NCBI RefSeq assembly: GCF_001194135.2
Contig: NC_068993.1
Location: 31,179,893-31,214,370, forward strand
Reading direction: 5' to 3'
Length of the DNA: 34,478 nt
From: Octopus bimaculoides
Taxonomy: Eukaryota
Every line of letters starts with the position of its first letter. Position 1 is the first letter of the stretch. Positions 10,919 to 24,237 of the stretch are shown one piece after another. A program made the position numbers and the translations under genes. The notes under the pieces were generated by a model. The model was not told the origin of the DNA. It ran no database searches and saw nothing but the letters and a program-made list of their open reading frames with translations.

Positions 10919-12006
10919 TNNNNNNNNNNNNNNNNNNNNNNNNNNNNNNNNNNNNNNNNNNNNNNNNNNNNNNNNNNNNNNNNNNNNNNNNNNNNNNNNN
11001 NNNNNNNNNNNNNNNNNNNNNNNNNNNNNNNNNNNNNNNNNNNNNNNNNNNNNNNNNNNNNNNNNNNNNNNNNNNNNNNNNNNNNNNNNNNNNNNNNNNN
11101 NNNNNNNNNNNNNNNNNNNNNNNNNNNNNNNNNNNNNNNNNNNNNNNNNNNNNNNNNNNNNNNNNNNNNNNNNNNNNNNNNNNNNNNNNNNNNNNNNNNN
11201 NNNNNNNNNNNNNNNNNNNNNNNNNNNNNNNNNNNNNNNNNNNNNNNNNNNNNNNNNNNNNNNNNNNNNNNNNNNNNNNNNNNNNNNNNNNNNNNNNNNN
11301 NNNNNNNNNNNATATATATATATATACACACATCTATATACGTATGCGCATATTCGTACCTTTGCTTCTCATGTGTTCGTGAGTGTGACCATGAAATTTA
11401 ATAGAGGTAGATAGATAGGTAAAGAGATGGAGAGAGACAGACAAACAGACAGAGACGGAGAGAGATCAATGGACAGTCATATAAGGCAGACTGGTAGATA
11501 GAAAGGTAGATAGATTGAGAGATGGGTGGTGTCCATATTAACGATATGTAAAATGATTTATTTGTATGAATAATTTTTTAAAATTCTAGTGAGTGGCGCT
11601 CTCAATTCTATTCATGGTAATCAATGAACAAGCATAATATGAATTCCCGTGAAATGTTTGCAGGAATTTATTTATTTTCTAATATTTAAGACTTCTTTTA
11701 ACTTATTTGAGCAATAGTTAAGGTTTAGAACATAGAAACAATTAACTTTTGCACTATATTTTTACCCGGAAATTTCTCTTTAGTTTGCGTCTGGACTTTT
11801 CTAATTATCAACCGAAGGTTTTCTTCTTTTTATCTGGATGATAGTTTGCCAAAATTCGATTTTTTCTTTGATTATTTTCACCAATCCAGAAAGAGATACT
11901 CGAGAATACTTCAGAAGTTTACAAACATTTTTTAATATCTTACTCAATGAACCTGCGCATCAAATTTCATAGAAAGTGAAATTTGAATTGATAAGAGATG
12001 GAACTG

Positions 12007-12015
12007 GTGGTAGTG

Positions 12016-12063
<48 letters not shown>
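12007..12063. repeat. (GTA)n microsatellite
   Basis: Directly visible. Confidence 0.97.
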
Positions 12064-12663
12064 CAGATACTTGCAATTGTTATATATTTGATAAATCTTT
12101 TCGAATATCTATATTCCGCAAAGGGAATGTAGTGTGAACGACTATCAAATATCAGAGAACCACTCTAAAGCTTTTGTTTTACCGTTTCCATTGACAAATA
12201 GACACATAAAAATGAATGAAGAATGGAATCCAGCGTGTGTTGATATATATTGTTAAGAGAACGTAAAATATCTTAGATCGCTGCAGGAATAAACTTTTTA
12301 CGTCGAGAATATGAATCAGATGTTCGACAATTAAACTACTAAATGAAAGCAAATATAGAAAGGATAATGTGAAACTTGATTTCATTCATAGAAGGATTAC
12401 CAAATCTATGTATATAAACTCACGTCACCAACAATATTTGGGTGTTAAATACTTCAAATTCTTATTAAAATTTCCATGAAAAATAACAGAAAGCTGTAAA
12501 GTTGTCGTTGCAGTTCTTGTACTTTATAATGACAATTGAGATGTTTGCATTTGATATGCAGTTCAAATATTAGCTACTGGTTCAAGTTCGCCAGGTACGA
12601 AAGTTTCAGGTAGATGAATTAAACATGTTTGTCACTCACGAAGATCAGGATCTGTTTTGTTAT

Positions 12664-12763
12664 GAAATGACATTCCATATTGTGAATAAAGATATTTGAT
12701 TAAACAAACATATTTTGTTGATAACGTTAAAGTAGATACTATCGCCTATTTTGTTAAAGTCAA
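12664..12763 (+). repeat. 100-bp direct repeat of 13778-13877
   Basis: Three substitutions between the copies. Confidence 0.95.
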
Positions 12764-13258
12764 CATTCTGAAACTGCAAAGACAATCTGGAACTCGACTC
12801 ATGAAAGAATACTGCGAATGACCCGTCCTTATTTATTCTTGCCCTTTTTGTATCATCTACCTGAAAGGAACATTTACATTCTGACAGCATTCACTGTTGC
12901 TTATGGAACTAAATTTCTGAAATAATGCATGCTATTCTCGGAAATTCTCAGAAATTCTCAAAGAACATGAGAGGATACAGACTCACGCTGGACTCTAGAG
13001 ATTTGAAAATTGTTGTAACTATATTAAATCGAGTAAAGCCGCATTAAAGTGACGAGTGAAAGAATAATGTTAGATGTTACACAAATGTCACATACACTAC
13101 AAGACCAGAATTGTAACTGCTTCATTTGGAGCAAAGGAGAGTATAAAAAAGCACAAATTTCCCTTGGAAATATGCACAAATTTCTTAAATGCACCGAGAA
13201 AGTTTTGTTCCCCACCAAAATTATAACGTCTCTTTCTTCTGTTTTGAATATTTGTATA

Positions 13259-13261
<3 letters not shown>

Positions 13262-13289
<28 letters not shown>

Positions 13290-13290
13290 T

Positions 13291-13340
<50 letters not shown>
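13262..13340. repeat. (GT)n(GA)n microsatellite
   Basis: Directly visible. Confidence 0.97.
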
Positions 13341-14083
13341 GAAATATGTTTGCGTGTTTGTATATGCGTGAGTGTGCCTGAGTGTGTAATGTGCATATGT
13401 GTGTGTCTGTGCAGGTATGTATGTATAGAAGGGCACATCCACGTCCTTCTGACCAGAGAAATAAAAACAAAATATATTCTTACATTTAGTAATTGTACTG
13501 ATGTGTAAAGGTAGCGTTTGAACATATCTCCCGTGTTTTGGAATAAACGTTGAGTCCTCTGCGTCAGGATGACAGTACAGATTTGTGGCAAATATAAAAT
13601 ACGTTGTCAACAAGTTGGAAACATAGATGGCGACAATTACATTTACATATTAATGGGAGAATCACCTTAGGATTATGTCTCATAAATTTTTAGGAGAGAT
13701 GCATTTACTTAGTACACTTATAATATATTAAATTCCATGTAGGTTGGGATTCGTTTGATTCTGACGAAAATTCCTCTGAAATGACATTCCATATTGTGAA
13801 TAAAGATATTTGATTAAACAAACAGATTTTGTCGATAACGTTAAAGTAGATACTATCGCATATTTTGTTAAAGTCAAACGTATAAATATTTCTGCTTTCA
13901 TTTCAAATTCCCTCTTATTTTCCTAACGTTTATTTCGAGAAGCAATTAGTGAGGTTGGTTTATTGCACACACGTGCGTACACATACATACACACACACAC
14001 TCACACATACACAGGCACACATACTAACACTAACTCACTCACTCACACAAACAAACTCCAGACACATACATACTTTTATATAT

Positions 14084-14132
<49 letters not shown>

Positions 14133-14295
14133 NNNNNNNNNNNNNNNNNNNNNNNNNNNNNNNNNNNNNNNNNNNNNNNNNNNNNNNNNNNNNNNNNNNN
14201 NNNNNNNNNNNNNNNNNNNNNNNNNNNNNNNNNNNNNNNNNNNNNNNNNNNNNNNNNNNNNNNNNNNNNNNNNNNNNNNNNNNNNNNNNNNNNNN

Positions 14296-14328
<33 letters not shown>

Positions 14329-14365
14329 CATATATATATATATATATACATATACGTACACACGT

Positions 14366-15123
14366 ATAAGAGACCAAAGACTACGTACGCCGCTATATGT
14401 AGATACAAAAGAATACAAAAGATGGGACAAGAACAAAAAGGTCGACAAGACATCCAAGCAGTTAGATGATACAAAAAGGGCAAGAATAAATAAGGACGGG
14501 TCATTCGCAGTATTCTTTCAAGAGTCGAGTTCCAGATTATCTTTGCAGTTTCGGTTGGTTATACTCAAGACTGCTCCAATCTGGACAGACCCAAGGAAAA
14601 TCTAAGCTAAGAGCACTAGATTCCCATGAAGAAAGCAGTGAATGTATATGAAAACAAGGATGGAAAAGAACGAATAAATTTTACACAAATACAAAAGCAA
14701 ACAGTAGGACATTGACAACAGGTGTCTTTCGACTAAGGACGAATTAAATTAAGCTCGTGTGTATGGAAGTGAAGCCTTACGGCAGGGACGTAAAAGATGA
14801 CAGGCATGGGAAGGAATATAGATGTTGTACGGATGGTAGTCGAACCAAGAAAGAAAGGTCAGGATTGGCCGAACACCGATAACGTGGAAGGAAAGGTGAG
14901 AGGTAGAGGCAGAGGCAGAGGGATAGAAGAATTAGGGAGGGACAAGAAAAAAACAAAAGAGACAGAGTGATGTGAAAGATGGAAGGTGAGAATGAAGAGA
15001 AAGCCAGAAAATGTGAGAGAGGGGGAGCGAAAGAAAGAAGAGTGGAAAGAACGAAGTAAGTGTGAAGTGGCTGAAAGAAAGAATGAAAGAATAAGAGAGT
15101 CGTACAAAATTTATATATGTGCG

Positions 15124-15168
<45 letters not shown>

Positions 15169-16147
15169 ACATATAAGAGACCAAAGTGTACGTACGCCGC
15201 TATAGTATACAAAAAAGAATACAAAATGGGATAAGAACGCAACAGGCGACAAAAAGACACCCAGAGAATTAGATGATAAAAAGAAGGGACAAGATAAAAC
15301 AAACAAGGACGGTTCAATCGGAGTTTTCTGTCTTGTTATCGCATATTGCGTTCTTGTCCCATTTTTTGTATTTTTTTTTTATATACAAATAGCAGCGTAC
15401 GTACACTTTGGTCTCTTATATGTAAGTACATAAATATATAGCTAAATTTTGTACGACTCTCTTATTCTTTCATTCTTTCATTCTTTCTTTCTTTCAGCTA
15501 CTTCATACTTACTTCGTTCTTTCCACTCTTCTTTCTTTCTTTTCTGGCTTTCCCTTCATTCTCACCTTCCATCTTTCACATCACTACTCTGTCTCTTTTG
15601 TTTTTTTCTTGTCCCTCCCTAATTCTTCTATCCCTCTGCCTCTACCTCTCACCTTTCCTTCCACGTTATCGGTGTTCGGCCAAGCCTGACCTTTCTTTCT
15701 TGGTTCGACTACTATCCGAGCAACATCTATATTCCTTCCCATGCCTGTCATCTCTTACGTCTCTGCCGTAAGCCTTCACTTCCACACACACCAGCTTAAT
15801 TTAATTCGTCCTTAGTCGAAAGACAGCTGTTGTCATTGTCCTGTTGTTTGCATTTGTGTTTGTGTAATATTTCTTCGTTCTTTTCCATTCTTGTTTTCAT
15901 ATACATTCGCTGCTTTCTTCCTGGGAATCAAGTATTCTTAGCTTAGATTTTCCCTGGGTCTGTCCAGATTGGAGCAGTCTTGAGTATAACCAGACGAAAC
16001 TGCAAAGATAATCTGGAACTCGACTGATGAAAGAAAACTCCGAATGACCCGTCCTTGTTTATTCTTGTCCTTTTTGTATCATCTAACTGCCTGGATGACT
16101 TGTCACCTGTTACGTTCTTGTCCCATTTTTTGAATTCTTTTTTATAC
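14366..16147. repeat. Inverted pair of a terminally redundant ~0.8-kb repeat
   Basis: About 14403-15260 aligns with the reverse complement of about 15328-16147. The unit start ATAAGAGACCAAAG recurs at about 14366 and 15172. Confidence 0.9.
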
Positions 16148-16206
16148 ACATATATATACACACATACATGCATACACACATATGCATATGTGTCTGTGTA
16201 GATATA

Positions 16207-16380
16207 TCTAATATATAAACAGCAATTTCTTTCTGTCGGTCTGTCTGTTACCACCTTGGTGGCTAAACCAGCGAACCAATATTCATGACACTTCGCATAC
16301 ATGATACACTAACATCTAGTTCAATAATAGGTCAATTGAATTTTAATCCAAAATATGATGTCCCCCACAGGGGCATTGGG
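16207..16380 (+). mobile_element. Helitron/HINE-like 5' end fragment
   Basis: A|TCTAATATATAAAC...CTGTCGGTCTGTCTG start, similar in architecture to the 5' end of the 7943-10173 element. No CTAG 3' end found. Confidence 0.5.
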
Positions 16381-16654
16381 CGAACTATATGCTAAAGTGA
16401 GAAGGCTTCAAAAAGTAATAGTCTGAGGAAGGTAGTAGCAAACAGAAGGTGACTTATATCAGTGAAAGAAAGAACAGAGGTAACAATGGGGTTATAACGT
16501 TAATACAGCTGTCATATACATGCCACGCTGCATGCATATTTTTGTAGATACATACAACACAAACTCACACACACAGAATATGTAGCTTTAAGGAAAGGGT
16601 GTTAGGTGGTTTTTCTGCTGTCCATCACAAAGAAACACTCACACAAAGACACAA

Positions 16655-16760
16655 ACGCATACATACATACATACATACATACACATACGTATATACATAC
16701 ATACATACATACATGCATACATACATGCATGCATACATACATAAATACATACGTACATAT
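16655..16760. repeat. (TACA)n-type microsatellite
   Basis: Directly visible. Confidence 0.9.
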
Positions 16761-18266
16761 GTCTACTACACACCATTTTAATCTCGTGATTACCTGTGTA
16801 TACGTTTGTAAATCTGTATATGTGTGTGTGTCACGTCCTATAACTCGTTGTCTCTTTACTTTTGTAGGGTCTTCCCTGTTGCTGTCACATATTATAAGAT
16901 CTTAAAATTACATAAACATTTTCGAATTTGGTATACTGAAATAATTTTCCACGTTAAATCCAATTTTTTGTTATTTATTTGTTCCAGAAAAATTGCAGAA
17001 AAATATTACAGAGGTTTAAAGTTTAATCAAGTTTACCTAATTAGTAAACAGGATTTGGAAGCTGCAATTTCCTGCATGATAGCTGGTATTTTCTGTATGA
17101 CAGCTGTCTATCAGGAAATGAAAGCAAAATTATTAGGGAGAAACAATTTTTATTAAACAAACAGAAGCAAAGCATAACCATAACTAAAGTTGTGAGAACG
17201 TCTGAAGTTTTAAAGAATTAATTAATCTGAAATGATCGAACAGACATGTGAATAATTCTAAAAGGCAAAAATCCTCAACGAAGTGTTTTGCCAAAAATTT
17301 ACCCAAATCTTTCCTGATGAAGGGGCCTATCTGGAATAAATAAAAATTTATACAAGATATCCTAATGTAAAAATTGCTCGGCAATGACGGGCTATTCAGC
17401 TAGTGTGTATGTGTATATATATATATATTACATACAAAAATAAGAGAAATGACCACCAAAAGTGGACTCCTATATGCTAGAAATAGATTCCGAATCATCT
17501 AACGACGATGAATATGTTCTCAGTAAAAATTTCAGCGAGAACATTCATTTCGCTGAAATTTTTACTGAGAACATATTCTTCGTGGTTAGATNNNNNNNNN
17601 NNNNNNNNNNNNNNNNNNNNNNNNNNNNNNNNNNNNNNNNNNNNNNNNNNNNNNNNNNNNNNNNNNNNNNNNNNNNNNNNNNNNNNNNNNNNNNNNNNNN
17701 NNNNNNNNNNNNNNNNNNNNNNNNNNNNNNNNNNNNNNNNNNNNNNNNNNNNNNNNNNNNNNNNNNNNNNNNNNNNNNNNNNNNNNNNNNNNNNNNNNNN
17801 NNNNNNNNNNNNNNNNNNNNNNNNNNNNNNNNNNNNNNNNNNNNNNNNNNNNNNNNNNNNNNNNNNNNNNNNNNNNNNNNNNNNNNNNNNNNNNNNNNNN
17901 NNNNNNNNNNNNNNNNNNNNNNNNNNNNNNNNNNNNNNNNNNNNNNNNNNNNNNNNNNNNNNNNNNNNNNNNNNNNNNNNNNNNNNNNNNNNNNNNNNNN
18001 NNNNNNNNNNNNNNNNNNNNNNNNNNNNNNNNNNNNNNNNNNNNNNNNNNNNNNNNNNNNNNNNNNNNNNNNNNNNNNNNNNNNNNNNNNNNNNNNNNNN
18101 NNNNNNNNNNNNNNNNNNNNNNNNNNNNNNNNNNNNNNNNNNNNNNNNNNNNNNNNNNNNNNNNNNNNNNNNNNNNNNNNNNNNNNNNNNNNNNNNNNNN
18201 NNNNNNNNNNNNNNNNNNNNNNNNNNNNNNNNNNNNNNNNNNNNNNNNNNNNNNNNNNNNNNNNNN

Positions 18267-18297
<31 letters not shown>

Positions 18298-19018
18298 AAT
18301 TCAGTCACACATACACACACATCTGCGCGCACACACACATACACACCCAATATATTTCGTGCGTGCGTGCGTCTCTGTGCGTGCGTCTCTGTGCGTGCAG
18401 ATGTGTGTGTATGTGTGACTGAACTGGATACTCATCGCTCAATAGTAGACCTTAAAATGAACCCCTTACAAACAAAATAAGTGCAGTGCGAAGAAAGACA
18501 ATACAAGTCAAATAGAGAAGGGAAAGTGATGGAATTAGTGAGCATGAGGGATAGAAGAAATTCAGCTCTATAAATTTTGTGCTCAAAGCTTAGTCTCTCA
18601 TGACCCTCCTTGTCAGTCACTTTGATGGACTGTCTTACCCGCGTTCTTATATGCAAGTAAGAGTTAGACGTTGGTTTATACGCACAGGGATGAACATTGA
18701 TTGGCTATGAAAGTATGGGTCAAGGAAATATCCATGCTACGATCATTATTACGACAGTATTTTGGAAATGAAGTGATTGGAAAACGATCAAGAAATAAAT
18801 GAAAGTGAATTGCAGTGTATAACAAGTGATAGCATAGTGGATATATATATATATATATATATATAAACAATTTGAAAATCCTGCACGATCAGGTGAAAAG
18901 CGCTTTATTTAATATGTGACATTAATAAAAATCTGTAAATGTACAAACATCCAGATTTCTGAGTACCTTAATTTTTTTCTATATAATTTCTGTACATCAC
19001 CTCCAAACTTTCCAATAT

Positions 19019-19032
19019 GTATATATATATAT

Positions 19033-19091
<59 letters not shown>

Positions 19092-19092
19092 C
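19019..19092. repeat. (TA)n(GATA)n microsatellite
   Basis: Directly visible. Confidence 0.95.
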
Positions 19093-20030
19093 ATATAAGG
19101 ATGCAAAATAGCACATGCAATTGCTAGAAATAGATATCAGAGATGTTTAATTGATATTACGAACAATTTCCGCTGCATTGCGGTCCATTTTGAATATATC
19201 AAATAATATCCCTTGACTCCTTTTTTTCTTGTCTGTTTAATTTGCAAACTTCAAACAAGCAAAAATAAACAACAGAAACAAAATCATACCATTAGCATAA
19301 AACAGTAGATCGAAATTTGCGCATCAATATGATTTGCTACATGAACTCAGTTAAATTAAAGTCTATTGGAAAATAAGAATAAAAATTTAAATAAAAAGCT
19401 TAATAACATTTGTAGCAAACAAATAATGAAAAGCCGAGGAGTTATGTACACATCATACAATACTTTTATGAAGTCGGCATATTTTGTGGAGAACAGTTTT
19501 AATACAACAGCAACAAAATAAAACACTATACAGAATAAAAGAAAACACACAGAGATGCGCTCAGTTATGTCGTGAAAGCATGCAGCAGAAATAATATCTT
19601 TGAAATAGCAATAATTAAAATCATTCGTTTTATATTCAGAAGAGTGAAGACTGTTAAACATTACATATACACAATTTATTAAACGCCGCAATAAAAGTAC
19701 TATTCATATTTTCAATTTCGTTTGTAATCGTAGAAATCTGTCATATTTACTAAGAGAAAAATTTATATCATTTACAATTTGTTAATGAAAACAAGTTTTA
19801 AGTAAATAATTTTGCAAAGAGAAAATATCAAATAAACGACATTAACTTAAACTTTGTGATGTTTTTCATTTCATTGATTCTATATTATATTCATATCTAT
19901 TTCGTTGGGTTTCAATTCTATTTTGTTGGGTTTGAGATTCTGTTACTTTCATATTAACCATAGCCGTCAGGTGAAAGTGAAAAAAGGGGCATCACTGCAT
20001 GAATAACAAAAATGGATAGTTGGATACACA

Positions 20031-20100
<70 letters not shown>

Positions 20101-21196
20101 NNNNNNNNNNNNNNNNNNNNNNNNNNNNNNNNNNNNNNNNNNNNNNNNNNNNNNNNNNNNNNNNNNNNNNNNNNNNNNNNNNNNNNNNNNNNNNNNNNNN
20201 NNNNNNNNNNNNNNNNNNNNNNNNNNNNNNNNNNNNNNNNNNNNNNNNNNNNNNNNNNNNNNNNNNNNNNNNNNNNNNNNNNNNNNNNNNNNNNNNNNNN
20301 NNNNNNNNNNNNNNNNNNNNNNNNNNNNNNNNNNNNNNNNNNNNNNNNNNNNNNNNNNNNNNNNNNNNNNNNNNNNNNNNNNNNNNNNNNNNNNNNNNNN
20401 NNNNNNNNNNNNNNNNNNNNNNNNNNNNNNNNNNNNNNNNNNNNNNNNNNNNNNNNNNNNNNNNNNNNNNNNNNNNNNNNNNNNNNNNNNNNNNNNNNNN
20501 NNNNNNNNNNNNNNNNNNNNNNNNNNNNNNNNNNNNNNNNNNNNNNNNNNNNNNNNNNNNNNNNNNNNNNNNNNNNNNNNNNNNNNNNNNNNNNNNNNNN
20601 NNNNNNNNNNNNNNNNNNNNNNNNNNNNNNNNNNNNNNNNNNNNNNNNNNNNNNNNNNNNNNNNNNNNNNNNNNNNNNNNNNNNNNNNNNNNNNNNNTAT
20701 ATATATATATATATGTATATCAATATACGGGGAGTATGGTTATAATGCTTAATCGTTCAATTGATTGATCAACTAACCAATTAACTTACGGAAGATTCAA
20801 GTTTTGAACAACTCTTGTCTGAGCCTTTAAGTAGATATCTAAATTTTTACAAGATAGACACAATCGCAGTGAGTAGAATGGGATAGATGATAGTTGACAT
20901 AACAGATTTTCTCTCATATATTGCCCCTATGTAATTTCCATCATCTTGGGTAGTATAGATGTTACGAGATTTTGCCTATCTAAAACGTATGCTTAGAAAT
21001 AAAGTCTAGTTGATGTCTATATATCCATATTAATTTGTCTGCAAACCATAGTATGCAGTGGATACAGCTTATTGAATAATCTGGCTGGTACGTAAGACAA
21101 TACTATAATCCATCATTATTTATTTGCTTATTATTATACACTGTGATTAATATATCAACTACTAACTAATGAAGAACTTCGAATATAAAATTTGCA

Positions 21197-22250
21197 CCAG
21201 GGCTCGGTATGCCGTGGCTTATGACGTGCCGAAATGTGCTGAGGCTCCGACATTTGCAGCATTTCCTTGATGGTGAGCTGGTGTGGCAGCCGTTTGTCAG
21301 GCAGGATTTTCCGCAGCTCGTCTCATTGACGGAACTACAGTCATGGATCATGCGTAGACCGAGAAAGGGCGCTTGACATCTGGAAATTCGGCAAGCGCTC
21401 ACATACTTCTACCATTCCAGTAATGTGGTGAGTGAGCGACGACATCTTCGGGTAAACTCTAGACGTCAGAGTAGATCAACTTGCTAGTCTTTACCGAAGG
21501 AATTTAGGCCCGGGCCAACTTCCCGGTATTCCTGAACTGAGAATGCTACTGGGAGCCTATGCCAGTTGCAGACAAGCTTCATAGTCAAGGAAGTGCTGTA
21601 GGACCGACCTGTCCGAGATACGCGCAGAGCGATGGAACCGTTCTGTACGCATTCGTCCAGTATACGTGCATTGCTGATTTGTAGAGCTTTGTCGAAGAAC
21701 TGATTTCGCATCTGGGGAGGATACGGTTATCTGCCAAGACCATCGGGTTCTTTTGGCCGAGAAGGGCAGGCATCTTTCCTTTGCTTGGGGGCTGTAACGA
21801 AATAGGTATGTGCCGTAGACAAGTTTGAAAGGATTGAAGATAGACATTTTCCTCTTTGGCCAATCCCACGTCGATTTGTTTAAGTTCCACTTGAAAAGGA
21901 ACAGTAAAGGTAGAAAGGGCAGTGCTCCCTACTACCCTCAGTATTTCTGGTGAAAGGTGGATGGATGTGGAGGGGCCTACTCTAAACATGCGCGTGTAGG
22001 CCCGTGGCAAAGAGGAGGAGAGAGATGACTGACCAGGGTCACTTTGGAGATTGGGATGACCACAATATGTGGGACCCCTTTGTTGTTCCTGCATTCAACC
22101 CCTTATGGAGGGATTTTATTGCTTAAATTTTGATGTTAATTGTTATTGCTTTTATTATATACAAGTGTTGTTGTGTTAAGCCCTACTTGTTTTTTGTTCT
22201 GCATCATCCTTTTTCCTTTTCATCCAGCTCTTTTGACCAATAAAGAAAAG
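21197..22250 (+). mobile_element. Tx1/L1-clade LINE, decayed 3' end of ORF2 plus 3' UTR
   Basis: GLGMPWL...LRLRHLQHFLDGELVWQPFVRQDFPQLVSLTELQSWI, then PVADKLHSQGSAVGPTCPRYAQSDGTVLYAFVQY (decayed CCHC). Stop at 21997-21999 and AATAAA at 22239-22244. Confidence 0.75.
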
Positions 22251-22286
22251 ATTATTGTAATTGTTATTATTATCATTATTATTATT

Positions 22287-22872
22287 GAGAGAGCAGTGCA
22301 TGCCATCAAAGTGGGGTAAAATATACGAAGCCCAGTACACACATCATAACTACTCGTCTGATAAGGGTTCACCGGGCACTTGCATCACAACCATATGTGC
22401 GCGACACGATCTCATATCAAGATGAACAGCGCATGACCTTGCAGGTGGGGCCCAGTTAGAATTTTCTTCTGGTTGAGTAGCCCATCTCGCTCAAAAGGTC
22501 GCTGAACAAGGGTTGTTTAAGGATTTTGAACGAAACAGCCCTGTTTCCAAACGCGAATTATTCAAACCTCACAGAATTTCTTTCAACACATGACTATCAT
22601 GCTCCCACACTACTTCTGCTCGTGATCAGAGATGCACATATCGTCAGCCACTAAGAGACATGCTCAAGTGGTTATGGTCAAAGAACTGAGAAGCAAATTT
22701 GTGGTATTGAGCAGAATATTTGCTGTAGCACATCTCTTATAACAAGACAAAACAATGTACATGATAACACTTCCAGTCAGTTAAAATCAGAAGTCATGAG
22801 AGCCACTGTCTGGCAATAGAGCCACTCTCAGCCATGAGATCCACAGTCATGTATAAGAGCCACTGTCAGCCG

Positions 22873-22874
<2 letters not shown>
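22287..22874 (+). mobile_element. Near-complete copy of non-coding 'element X' embedded in (TTA)n; true polarity unresolved
   Basis: Flanked by (TAT/TTA)n on both sides, homologous to 4357-4705, no long ORF. Confidence 0.82.
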
Positions 22875-22911
<37 letters not shown>

Positions 22912-22912
22912 G

Positions 22913-22979
<67 letters not shown>

Positions 22980-22993
22980 TTATTATTATTATT
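22875..22993. repeat. (TTA)n microsatellite
   Basis: Directly visible; serves as the tail of the minus-strand Dong copy. Confidence 0.98.
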
Positions 22994-23530
22994 AAAGACT
23001 CTCGGATAGTTCTTAATTACTGGTTATTCTTTACATGAAAGCAGGCAACAAGACATCACCTAAGGTTTCAAGTGGTACCTTCTCCTGTGACTCAAAGAGA
23101 CAATACTCTTCTTTCTCAGAGCACATCCTACACTGTGGCGAATCAATGCTCTTATTTATCAATATGATATTTGAAGTAGTTTGGTGTAGTTCCTTGTTCA
23201 TTGTCATTAATTTACGTGTTCTCCAGTCTATCTCTTGTAATTCATGCTTCTTCCAAGATACTATTCCTGTCCTGTATTTCCTCGAAGCAGCAGCTCATGT
23301 GATGATTGCTGTAATCTTATAGCGGCCATTTGATTTCGATTGGAGCAGAAGCCGAGTTCTCCTGTATATTTCTTTCATCTTGTGTTCATTCACATTATCT
23401 CTTTGAATGATACCCAGGTACTTATATCCTTCCTCTCTGGCTTCCTTTTTTTTTCACCCCTTTCCAGCTTGATTCCATGGCTTTTACTAATTTTCTTCCT
23501 TTTGCAAATGATTACACCACATTTGCAAAT
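22994..23530 (-). mobile_element. R4/Dong-type element, 3' portion with internal deletions (copy G, uninverted part)
   Basis: Minus strand reads KCGVII...GYKYLGII...[10 protein letters not shown]...WRTRKLMTMNKELH, jumps to IDSPQCRMCSEKEE, then a 3' UTR-like end abutting the (TAA)n tail. Confidence 0.8.
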
Positions 23531-24237
23531 CCTGAGTAGTGACATCCAAGTAACTGCCTGGATGACAAAAAGAAGAACGGTACTATGCCAGAAGGGCCCA
23601 AATAAAGGGAATGCGGTTGGAAATTTCCGCCCAATATCTTGCTTGCCACCGATGTGGAAACTGATGACGGGCATCATATCAAACAACATCTATAAATACC
23701 TAGATGAGAACGAGCTACTACAAGTGGAACAAAAAGGATGTAGACATAAGAGCCGAGGAACGAAGGATCACTTAGTAATCGATAAGACTATCCTGGCTGA
23801 TTGCAAGAAGAGACACACAAATTTTGCGATGGCATGGGTGGACTACAGGAAAGCATATTACATGGTTCCACACTCGTGGATTTTTGAATGCCTAAAACAG
23901 CTTAAGGTCTCCCTCAATACCCTGAAGTTAATACAAAATTGAATAATTACGTGGCGAACTGAACTCACAGCATAGGAGATAAGCTGGGAGAGGCAAATAT
24001 CAAAAGAGGAATCTTTCAAGGGGACAGTCTGTCACCTCTACTATTTGTTGTCTGCATACTGCCACTAACGAACGTTTTAAGAAAGATGCGTGTGGGTACA
24101 TGATAGTCAAGGTGAAAATAAACAACCTTTGGTTTATGGATGACCTAAAGCTGTTCGCTAAGACTGAGAAAGAAATTGAGAGTTTGACGTCAACTTTGCA
24201 GATGATTAGCAAAGACATTGGCATCGAATTTGCAAAT
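23521..24237 (+). mobile_element. R4/Dong-type RT core, inverted relative to the adjacent 3' portion (copy G)
   Basis: [13 protein letters not shown]...[14 protein letters not shown]...[13 protein letters not shown]...GIFQGDSLSPLLF...FMDDLKLFAK...DIGIEF. Confidence 0.93.

Noticed and set aside
13440-13700. Possible host exon in non-repetitive sequence
   Set aside because: No recognisable protein motif or convincing splice-bounded frame; cannot be excluded without RNA data.
14400-14605. Recurrent peptide DDTKRARINKDGSF...RLSLQF in three ORFs
   Set aside because: It reflects three copies of one DNA repeat; stops and indels flank it and no protein family is recognised.
16024-16053. Hammerhead ribozyme core (CTGATGA...GAA...GTC)
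   Set aside because: CTGATGA is present in only one of three homologous copies, there is no stem II, and GAAT replaces GAAA.
5054-20752. Long ORF-track entries containing X runs
   Set aside because: They are open only because they cross N gaps and microsatellites.
21166-22094. Minus-strand ORFs (169, 96, 78, 75 aa) as host genes
   Set aside because: They are antisense to the decayed Tx1 ORF2 and have no recognisable motifs.
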